Source: Azolla caroliniana (taxonomy: Eukaryota > Plantae > Polypodiophyta). From it: a DNA stretch of 10,021 nucleotides. The DNA is taken from positions 1 through 10,021 of the forward strand of contig JBHGNT010001306.1 in assembly GCA_043228905.1 (NCBI GenBank), read 5' to 3'. The translations under genes and the position numbers were made by a program. Below are positions 1-8,051 of this stretch, in pieces; the first letter of the stretch is position 1; each line of letters begins with the position of its first letter. Below the pieces are notes generated by a model that saw only the letters and a list, made by a program, of their open reading frames with translations, was not told the DNA's origin and made no database searches.

Positions 1-25
1 AGGCCTTCACTATCCGGCTCTTGCC

Positions 26-156
26 GGGTACTCCTCATCTTGTTCTCACCGGGTCTTCCGTAGCTGGGTACTCCTCATCTGGTTCTCACCGGGTCTTCCG
101 TAGCTGGGTACTCCTCATCTGGTTCTCACCGGGTCTTTCGTAGCTGGGTACTCCTC
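26..156 (+). repeat. 40-bp tandem repeat, about 3.3 copies, in the putative LINE 5' UTR
   Basis: Unit gggtactcctcatctggttctcaccgggtcttccgtagct at 26-65, 66-105 and 106-145, partial at 146-156; single substitutions between copies. Confidence 0.95.
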
Positions 157-256
157 CTCATCCAATTTCGGCCTCGGCCGAGTTTGCTCATAAGCACTGT
201 TCTTCTCACTTCCCATTCGGAGGGACCTGTCTCCCAACAAATATCCCATGTCACTG

Positions 257-373
257 TTCAGCCTTCTACTGCTTAGCCTTCCACCACTCAGCCTGCCGCC
301 GCCGCCGCCAGCGCCCAACCTACCGCCACCCAGCCTAGCGCCGCTCAACCTATCGTCGCTTAGCCTACCGTAG
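257..373 (+). repeat. Degenerate GC-rich 15-bp coding repeat (xQPxx pentapeptides) in the ORF1 N-terminus
   Basis: Units ttcagccttctactg / cttagccttccacca / ctcagcctgccgccg / (12-bp gcc-rich spacer) / cccaacctaccgcca / cccagcctagcgccg / ctcaacctatcgtcg / cttagcctaccgtag. Confidence 0.8.
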
Positions 374-898
374 CTGATGATTGCTTGAATCATCTAGAGG
401 GATCTATAGGGGCTTCCGTTTATACCAAAGTAAATGTGGAAAAGCAGTTTGTCCCCTTCAACTTACCTGCTACAGCCAATCCAATTGTTGCGGCCAGCCT
501 CTCAACCTCCTCCATAAACCCGGTCGTCTTCAATGCAACGGCGAACTAGGAGCAATTGTCGCGCTGTCACGAACAGCCTAACTAGGGCTCCCGTGTAGCT
601 AACCCAAATATTACACCTATTTTGGATAGCGTAGTAGAGCTTCTGTTGTCAGAACAAGATAGAGCACAGATTGTAAGAGAGATTCAACGTCTAGAGAAGA
701 GGATTATCATTGCGTAAGTTTTGGGCATTCGTCCTCGGCGTGCTGATCTTCGTTTGTTATTACAAGTTTCTTTAAAACAAGATATTGACAACATCACGGA
801 TATTCAAATGCTTGGTCGGAACTATTATCAAGTGGAGTTCGAGCTCGAACGGATGGTACCGATCTTGCTAGAGAAGAAAACAATGGCAATCAAGGGAG

Positions 899-940
899 TG
901 TTTTCGGTGTTTTGGATTTGGTCATTTGGCAAAAAGTTGC
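899..940 (+). other. CX2CX4HX4C zinc knuckle of LINE ORF1
   Basis: tgt ttt cgg tgt ttt gga ttt ggt cat ttg gca aaa agt tgc = CFRCFGFGHLAKSC; only partly in the ORF track, which starts at 926. Confidence 0.9.
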
Positions 941-1715
941 CCTAAATTTAATAAAGAGACAGACAAGCATGTACCCAATACAACTATAGTTCCATCTCAG
1001 GCTACATCTGAGGGTTGGACTGAGGTCGGCCATAGGAAAGTATCCTCACAATTATCTTATGACAAGCGTCATCAAGTGTCAATCAATAATTTAAAGGAAT
1101 TTCCCCCCTTATAGAATAGACATTCTACTCTCCAAGTAGAAGAGGATCGGTCACATGAAGTGAATATTTCAGATCAACCATCAACCCATTTTTCCCAAAA
1201 GACAAACTTACTTTCTACTAAGTTGCCTGAGACTTTCCCAAGGTTAATAGTAGGGCAACCACCCTTGAAAATTGTTGAGAACCAACAGTTGACACCAAAT
1301 GTTAATTTGGATTCATCTGAAAAATTAAAAGGAAAAGTTGTCTCTGCTCAAGATATTATAGATGTGGAAATGCCTCCAAGTGTTATGGGAATCGAAGCAA
1401 ACCAACAAATCGATATCGGTGTCTTTGGTAGTTCGGTTCCCTTTGATAAGCTTGTAGGAAAATCTATTTCTAGTCAATCAAATATGATGGGTGTTGAAAT
1501 GGCTCAAGGAGTAGATAAACTCCCTTGTGTTGTATATCAATTTACAGTTTCATAGGATACCCTGACACTTCAGACCCCTCAAAAGCAAGTTAAGGATCAT
1601 AGGGTACATAAGCATGCAGGGAACTATCTGCTTTTAAAACGATAAGCAAGAGCTCAGGAGGGTGCCTAGAAAGGCCGCCAGGATGCTCTCCTTGAGAAAA
1701 GGACACCAATAAAAT

Positions 1716-4700
1716 ATGTGTAAGATGGACACCTTACATCTTCTTTCCTGGAATGTGCAAGGCTTGGGTGGTCAGGCTTTTCGTAGATTTAAAGGACTCT
1801 TACGTGCAAATTTAGGTACTGCTAATATAGGAAATATTGATATTCTTTTTTTACAAGAGCATCACTTATGTATGGATAGAATTCGGAAGTATGGATCTAT
1901 TTTACAAGGACGGTGGACTCACTTCTTGATTCCCGCTTTTGGCCCCATTGGCTGTCAGGCTGGACTATGCATTGCAATTAAACAACATTTGCAGTCTATC
2001 ATTGTGTCAACTGCTACTATTATGAATAAAAGGGCACAATTCCTGATTGTAAAAATAAGATCCCAAAAGGTTGGCCTTATGAATCTCTATGCCCCTAATT
2101 CTGCAGCCGAAAGGGCAAAGTTATGGCTATCTCTTTCTGATTATGTGAGTTTAGCGGATTGTTGGTTGGTAGGAGGCAACTTTAATATGATTGAGGATGT
2201 TGCTGACAGGTTGGAAGGTATAACTACTACAATTTCAAGATGGGAAGCTAAGTGTTGGGATTACTTTTGTTTTACTTATGGGTTGCTAGATTTATGGAAG
2301 GTGCATTCATTTTCACGTATACAAGGATCCCTTCAGTTTTCTAGATCAGATGGAAGCTTGGTTGCTACAAATTTGTCTCGACTAGATAGATTTTATGCTA
2401 GTAGCATTGTTTGGGAAGCAGGTGGATCCATAGGAATTATTCCAGGATCAACTATCTCCAACCACGACCCTCTGAAGTTACAGGTTACATTTACTAAGAG
2501 GCGATACTCGAGACAATTGCGTATCCCTCCTGCAATGTTATCTGAGGATAAGCATCGGATGTCAATCATGCAAATATGGTCAAAATACAATTTCTCAGAT
2601 GACTGTTTGCTTAGCAATATGACTCATGCCAAAACTATTGCAGTTAGACTACGACCTGTATTGTCGTCTATTATTCATGATACACAATGTGGTTTCCTAC
2701 AAGATAGAAGTATTTTTTATAATATCTTATTGTTCTGGGAAATGGTTGCATTAGCTTAGCAACATAAACAACAACTTGCAGTATTATTGCTTGAATTTGA
2801 AAAGGCATATGATAAAGTGGATTGGGACTTTCTTGAGGCAGTGCTATCAAGATTAGGTTTTCCAGCCGCATGGATAAAAGGTGTTTCATCCCTTTACAGG
2901 CATGCTTCTAGTTTTGTTTTGTTTACTAGAGAATACGAGACACTATTTCCTATATCTAGGTTTTTTAGGCAAGGATGCCCTCTTGCCCCATTTCTTTTTA
3001 TCTTGTTTGGGGAAGCTTTGTCCTCCTACCTAAGATCATCAACCACTGGTATCAAAGGATTAGTATTATGTATTACACAATCCATTGTACTGGATGTTGA
3101 ATTTGCAGATGATACAGCCCTCTATGTTGAATTTGCATCACTTAACTAGAATAAGTCAGTTGGCCTTTGGGTTGGTGCAAAAAATCATCCTAAGTGGTAT
3201 CCAGGTCATGCTTTCCAATGGCTTCATCGTGGTGAGCCAGTTCGATATTTAGGATGTATGGTTGGAATAGATTTAAGGCCAGAAGTAATGTTATCTCCGT
3301 TGCTATTATCAATCAAACGTAAATTATTGTATTGGGATGCCCAACAATTGTCTTTTGCGGGTCGCGTTGTAGTAGCAAATACAGTACTATTGGCATCAAT
3401 GTGGTTTATAGCATCTGTGTGGCTATTTTCTAGATCAGCAATGACAAAAGTGCAAAGCTTGATCCGGAATTTCCTTTGGGTGGGAAAACTTGGCTCTCCT
3501 ACAGTAGCCAAAGTTGCGTGAAATGTGTTGGTTCAACCTAAAATTAATGGAGGGTTGGGTTTGATAGATCCTTTGATGCAATCAAGAGCTCTCTTGACTA
3601 AGTTTGTTATCAGAGGTTTGTTGCCAGGATCAGAATCTTGGAAAGGAATGTTTTTAAATCAGTTAATGCAATTAACTCCTAAGACAAGAGGAGTATGGTC
3701 ACCCTCTTTAAAGTGGTTGCTCATGAATGACATGAAAACACCAAGGAGAAATCTTGCATCCACTAGATTTTTGTTAGGAATCATAAGAGCGTGGGATGCA
3801 ATTAAATCATTTTTGCTAAAGGACAAACCTTCTACCTGGGATGCATTACTTAATCAACCTATGCTTGCCAATTCTCTATTTCGGGATAATGCAGGAAAAG
3901 TATTGGGCCTGCGTCCTCACCTTGCTTGGGGTAAATTGGATAATGGGCCAGCTGCATCTGTAAGAACGTGGACTCAGTTTCAACAAATGTCACAAGAAGA
4001 TCGACTTCTACATCTACAATCAGTTCATGGTGCCAAGATAATGACAGCTACCTTATCAGTAACATATTCTTCATTTTTAACAACCTTCCAACCGAGGCAG
4101 GAACATGTATGGTTTGGATGCTTCACAAATGATATATTGATGGTTGTTAAGGGTGTTTCACCTAATGGGCGCGTGTCTTATTTTTAGGTCCTAGACAACA
4201 ATAGATTGAAATCTTATACCTTTGATTGCAATTATCTACAGGACTTACGAAGTGCACTAGTTAGAGTGGTTGCTAAAACCGGAAAGAAATGGATCCTTGA
4301 TCCTTATCCATTAATTGCTCATATGTGTGATATCATGTGGTTATATTCAAAAGATCTTGTTGCAAGATTAACATGGGATCCAGGGGGTTGGTTTTGGTCA
4401 CACTCCTTGGGGGGAAAGATCGTAAAGGTCCCCTTTTTTCAGTATTCAGTAAAACTTGGAAGATCATTACTGCTCTCTCAAAATGTAAAGATACCAATAA
4501 CGCAGAAACATTGGACCAATTGGGGTGTTTCCACTTTGCATTTGAGAACCTATTGGAAATGGATATGGTCATTCAAGGGGCCAACTAAATTTATTCTCTT
4601 TCGATGGTTATTAGTGCATATGGCTCTACCAGTTGGTCAAGCATTGAAAGGGAATGTGACACCCAATTTGTGGAAATGTGCCATTTGCCATGAACCTCGA

Positions 4701-5228
4701 GAGACTACCAAGCATGTCTTATGGTCTTGTTCTTTTGTTCAACAAGTATGGAAGAAAGTCGTGTCTTTATTCCTAACAATAAATGTAGGTTGCTTATTCT
4801 CATAGGGATCAGCGATGTGGGGAGTATTACACTCTGGTTTAATGTTGTATGAGGCAAACGATGTTCATGAGGCAATGACAATACATAATAGAATATTGAT
4901 ATTAGTTAGTCCCTTCCAACAACCTCGAAAGCAGGTGCAATCTGTCCAAATTTGGAAAACTGTGTCCACAATAACATTATGGGTATTATAGAAATATCGA
5001 TGTAACCGACTTTATGATGGGGTAGACATTCATCTCTCAGATGTGTTGTTTGAGTTATGGGAGAACTTGTTGGCTGTAGTCCGTGGTCAGTATGACAATA
5101 TGCAGGGTTCCCCAGATACTGTGAACAAGAAAAGGAAAAAGCTTCTTCACTTATGGAAAAAGGTGCCCCTGTTTACAATGGTAGCTCAAGAGCCTCAATT
5201 GCAATATCGACTTCCATGGACTCTTTGA
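1716..5228 (+). pseudogene. LINE ORF2 polyprotein (APE endonuclease - reverse transcriptase - zf-RVT), inactivated
   Basis: Track ORFs 1716, 2787, 3258, 3525, 4206 and 5043 are all frame +3 and join across stops at 2757, 3147, 3519, 4185, 4803 and 4989. APE ~1725-2490; RT ~2631-3260; KVAW-like and GGLGL thumb motifs ~3507-3565; zf-RVT ~4550-4760; LWVL*KYRC at ~4977-5003. No RNase H domain seen. Confidence 0.95.
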
Positions 5229-5359
5229 ATATCAACAAATGTAAACATCCTCGTATTTTATATCATTGTATAAAGAAACTTGTAACCTTCTTGGTAGCTA
5301 GGTTCAAGTTGTAGCCTTCGGGCATTTTGTTCTTAATACTAATGAAGAAAATCTTTTAT

Positions 5360-5380
5360 AAAAATAAATAAATAAATAAA
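5360..5380 (+). repeat. LINE 3' A-rich tail, aaaaa(taaa)4
   Basis: aaaaataaataaataaataaa about 130 bp after the ORF2 stop; an AATGAA poly(A)-signal-like hexamer lies at 5341-5346. Confidence 0.8.
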
Positions 5381-5683
5381 TTGAAGATAATGTGCTTATT
5401 AAATACGAACATATTAAAGGTATCCCCCATGACACCTTTTGTTCTTTTAATTCTCTCTCCCTATGTAAAATGGCACAAATATAATAAATTGGTGTAAATT
5501 GGATTGAATACCACCACGATCCTAAATTTATTATAATATGCAGAAACTATAACCTTACTTATTTACTCTATGCCTATTTTAGAAGGATTTATAAACGAGT
5601 ATAGCTTCAGTACGATTGATAATGAAAATTAAAGACCATATTTCTCTTCACCCAAGGAGTTTTGAGATTGCTAGACGATTATT

Positions 5684-5750
5684 TGGTCAAAGATGGAATT
5701 CGAACCCATGCTTCCGAGTGATTTTTGCTCTATTGCCAAGCCACTCCTAT
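5684..5750 (-). mobile_element. tRNA-derived SINE-like head or tRNA pseudogene fragment (Pol III A and B boxes)
   Basis: The minus strand reads TGGCTTGGCAATAGAGC (A-box/D-arm-like, 5743-5727) then ATGGG-TTCGAAT-TCCAT (T-arm with B box GGTTCGAATTCC, 5709-5693). No proper anticodon arm or acceptor stem. Confidence 0.45.
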
Positions 5751-5820
5751 GAGGGTCATGGTGAAGTTTGCCTCGAATTCTAAGCATCAAAAGTCAATTT
5801 TCTCTTAAAATCATCTCACG

Positions 5821-5920
5821 GTCCTTAATCAAAACTACGAAACCCTTAATTGGACACAAGGACCCCTTAATTGTTCCTAGGTTCCATAATTAGACCTAGG
5901 TCCCTTTTCAAAATTAGGGC
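5821..5920. repeat. Degenerate ~20-bp tandem motif array (cc[t/a]taat cores)
   Basis: ccttaat at 5823, 5844 and 5865 and ccataat at 5884 (spacing 21, 21, 19); the last two units are each followed by cctaggt. Confidence 0.55.
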
Positions 5921-6003
5921 AATCCTAAATCGACTCTTGGCTGAACTAGGAAATTGGTCCTAGTTAAGGGTCAAGGCCAAATTCTTAAATCAACCCTAGC
6001 AAG

Positions 6004-6120
6004 GATCATCCTTCATATATGTATCTATATCTAGTGTTTCATATCACACTATTGGAACCTTGTGCTTCTAATTCCATTTCAAATACGGTGATTCTACCTT
6101 CACCTCCTATCCAACTTGTT
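6004..6120 (+). mobile_element. Ty3/Gypsy (chromovirus-like) integrase C-terminal fragment
   Basis: DHPSYMYLYLVFHITLLEPCASNSISNTVILPSPPIQLV matches the LPxxxxIHPVFHVSLLEP...PPPPI segment between the integrase GPY/F module and the chromodomain. Confidence 0.75.
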
Positions 6121-6292
6121 TACTGGACTAGATGTCACATTATTATGACACTATACCTTCTAGCTATCAAACCACATTGTGTGATCATGATCATGAAGTG
6201 GCAAGCATGAATATTGCTAGGATTATTATATATAGGGGAGATTGCAATGTTGTCAAATTATTACAGTTCAACTATGGTTTTTAGTAAAAAAA

Positions 6293-6589
6293 TTCAAGTA
6301 TGGTCTTTAGTACATAACCCTGTAGTATGGTCTTTAGTACATAACCATGTAGCTCTTGCTCTTCTTGTTTAGAATAAACATCTTTCTTTCTTTTCATTTG
6401 TCAATCAAATATTGCTTTTCTCGTCAACCCTTGACATTGGCGATGGAAGTAGGCATAGGAGAAAGTTTGCCCAAACAACTTATTAGTAGAGGACAAACAA
6501 GCTATATAGTAGACAATTTTGACGGTCAAATTGTTTTGGGACATTATAGGTACATTCTCAACAAAGTCACTATCCCATAAATGTGTCAT
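6293..6589 (-). pseudogene. Probable decayed PLS-class PPR fragment
   Basis: One frame reads ...LSSTNKLFGQ...QCQGLTRKAIFD*QMKRKK...QEEQELHGYVLKTILQGYVLKTILE, resembling HGxxEEALxLFxQM and GKELHGYVLKxGLE of P and L motifs; aligned by eye only. Confidence 0.45.
6297..6352. repeat. 27-bp tandem duplication
   Basis: agtatggtctttagtacataaccctgt (6297-6323) / agtatggtctttagtacataaccatgt (6324-6350), one mismatch. Confidence 0.95.
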
Positions 6590-7384
6590 TTCTTGGTTGA
6601 ATAATGGGCTACATTATAAGAGGGAAAAAGGAAAGAAATGGGAAATTTCAGTATTAATTGAATTAGTCTCCTTGTAAAAACCCATGGTCACTTTGAAAAT
6701 ATATATGTATGTATAAGGCTCATTGGAAAGTCACTTAAGGAATGAAGAAGAGGAAGACGCATGTACAATCTCCCCTCCATCATCCCTCACTATTAAAAAA
6801 CAAATCCATAGGTGTGGAGTATAAGTGGTCAACTGAACATTAATTGTGTAAGTGTTATTTACGGACACCCACGTAAGTATCTAGCCTCCTTCAATGAATT
6901 AATCAATTAATATGATTATATATGTACAGTTAACAAATGCCTTCCTATTGTTTTGGTTCTTAATCTACCATTGGCCTCCCAATAAGAAGGTTTATTGCGT
7001 CAAATGTGACCCTTGTAATGGCCTTTGTAGTGTGGACAGAGTGAATTACACATTACCAACATCCTCCATTGCAACCCATAGTACACATGAATTAAAAGGG
7101 AATTTTTTATTTTTTATTTTTGTCCTCAATGGATCAAATATGACATATGAAACCAAAGTCTGATGTTACTAAATCTCGAAGCTCATGAATTTTAGTAATG
7201 AACATTGCAATTGAGAGGCACACTGCCTGAGAGAGAAGCATGTGCCAACTTCCAAGAGAGGTTAGGGATGATGAGGGTGTCATTTTGCTTGTCCTAAGAT
7301 GCAAATGGTTTTGTAGATTTATTTTTTTTCATGAAAAACTATCCTCCATTGGTATTAAAATTAAAGTGGCCAAAGGCAATATAC

Positions 7385-7503
7385 CAAAATTTCTTTGGTT
7401 GTTTGCACAGAACCATTCTTCACCTACATATAAATCAACGTGTCAAAAACTTCTTCATCTATTTGCAAAGAACCATACTTCACATGCATATAAATCAATG
7501 TGT
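7385..7503. repeat. Diverged 60-bp tandem duplication inside the PPR remnant
   Basis: 7385-7443 aligns to 7445-7503 at an exact 60-bp offset (tttgcacagaaccattcttcacctacatataaatcaacgtgt vs tttgcaaagaaccatacttcacatgcatataaatcaatgtgt). Confidence 0.9.
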
Positions 7504-7730
7504 TTCTTATTAAAATCTCATCTTCTAGCCTTTTCTTCACAATTTCAGCATAAATGCACTAGCCCTCATCTAGTCTGCCTAAGTCAGCACGAGGTTTTAG
7601 ACTATGTGAATATGTTAGAGCATTCTAAAGGATTCCCTTGTCTTGCATCTATTTAAAACTAATACAGTACCTCCTCGGCATATCCATGTTCTATATAGTC
7701 TCTTATGAGTTTATTTACAACAATGATGTA
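7385..7730 (-). pseudogene. PLS-class pentatricopeptide repeat (PPR) gene remnant, one P-L-S triplet plus a duplicated S segment
   Basis: Minus strand: YIIVVNKLIRDYIEHGYAEEVLY*F [frameshift ~7655] MQDKGIL*NALTYSHSLKPRADLGRLDEG*CIYAEIVKKRLEDEILIRNTLIYMHVKYGSLQIDEEVFDTL. This is colinear with the consensus WNALIAGYAEHGxxEEAL..MQxEG..PNxVTF..xLKAC..LG.LDxG..IHAEIVKKGLE.D..xGNTLVDMYAKCGSL..A.EVFDKL. Confidence 0.85.
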
Positions 7731-7936
7731 TTATGAATCATGATACAAGAGGATATATAGTCTCGCACTTTAGAAATTATATTATGTGCTACATAAATAT
7801 TTAAGAAAGAGTGTTTATGAAACATATCTAAGATAATGTGTGAAGCTTGAGAGTCTAGATCTCGTCCATGTCGTGATATGTCAACCTTACAAACAAACAT
7901 AATTCTACCAAGAATCATTTCAAATGTATATATATT

Positions 7937-8051
7937 CACTCAAAATTGGTGGAAATGCATGAAGATAAGAACAAAAGGCAAAACATGTCATATGTCAAAA
8001 CATGCTAGGTTGTAACACCAATATTCCAATTTCCACCAACATTTTTGAGTG
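7937..8051. repeat. Imperfect ~20-bp inverted repeat pair
   Basis: cactcaaaattggtggaaat (7937-7956) is the reverse complement of atttccaccaa[cat]ttttgagtg (8029-8051) apart from a 3-nt insertion. Confidence 0.7.

Larger units (their letters stand above)
190..1723 (+). pseudogene. LINE ORF1 (gag-like nucleic-acid-binding protein) remnant; start and end approximate
   Basis: Frame +1 reads ...VQPSTA*PSTTQPAAAAASAQPTATQP...EQDRAQIVREIQRLEKRIIIA*VLGIRPRRADLRLLLQ...MLGRNYYQVEFE...AIKG (DUF4283-like), with stops at 274, 361, 547, 583 and 715. It switches to frame +2 at 899 (CFRCFGFGHLAKSC), with stops at 1112, 1553, 1643 and 1667 and a TAA at 1721. No in-frame ATG; ATA at 190 or 241 may be the mutated start. 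Confidence 0.8.
1..5380 (+). mobile_element. Degenerate L1-clade non-LTR retrotransposon (LINE), near full length; the 5' end may lie at or before the window start
   Basis: Ordered ORF1 (CCHC knuckle), ORF2 with APE motifs (SWNVQGL, LQEHH, NLYAPN, SRLDRFY), RT motifs (FEKAYDKVDW, RQGCPLAP, FADD, RYLG), zf-RVT (CAIC...ETTKHVLWSC), and an A-rich tail at 5360-5380. No target-site duplication is visible in the window. Confidence 0.95.

Noticed and set aside
26-156. CRISPR-like array
   Set aside because: Units are head-to-tail with no unique spacers, there are no cas genes, and the context is eukaryotic.
115-393. Antisense Gly/Arg-rich 92-aa ORF, superficially like primate L1 ORF0
   Set aside because: It is the reverse reading of the GC-rich 15-bp and 40-bp repeats, which explains both its openness and its composition; there is no independent support.
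2393-4588. Short overlapping ORFs 2393..2617, 2671..2889, 3224..3511, 4333..4572 and 4337..4588 (also 381..581 upstream)
   Set aside because: Shadow frames of the LINE ORFs with no recognisable motifs.
1716-5228. Stop-codon recoding, readthrough, or a prokaryotic RT system (retron, DGR, group II intron)
   Set aside because: The stops are a mix of TAG and TGA replacing Trp or probably Gln, catalytic residues are also mutated, and the APE-RT-zf-RVT layout is diagnostic of a LINE.
5684-5750. Functional tRNA gene
   Set aside because: Only the T-arm folds; there is no acceptor stem or anticodon arm and the spacing is too short.
6513-6534. Imperfect palindrome acaattttgacggtcaaattgt
   Set aside because: Short, AT-rich and bulged; expected by chance.
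7103-7121. Minus-strand A-rich tract as the poly(A) tail of a PPR retrocopy
   Set aside because: No TSD, a similar tract lies at ~7317-7329, and PPR-like sequence seems to resume beyond it at 6293-6589; it cannot be assigned.
6912-7163. 83-aa ORF with CVKC/CNGLC, a possible zinc-binding or signal-peptide protein
   Set aside because: No family match recognised; the hydrophobicity comes from T-rich low-complexity DNA.
7240-7656. 138-aa plus-strand ORF with an internal 20-aa repeat
   Set aside because: Antisense shadow of the PPR remnant; the repeat is the 60-bp duplication.
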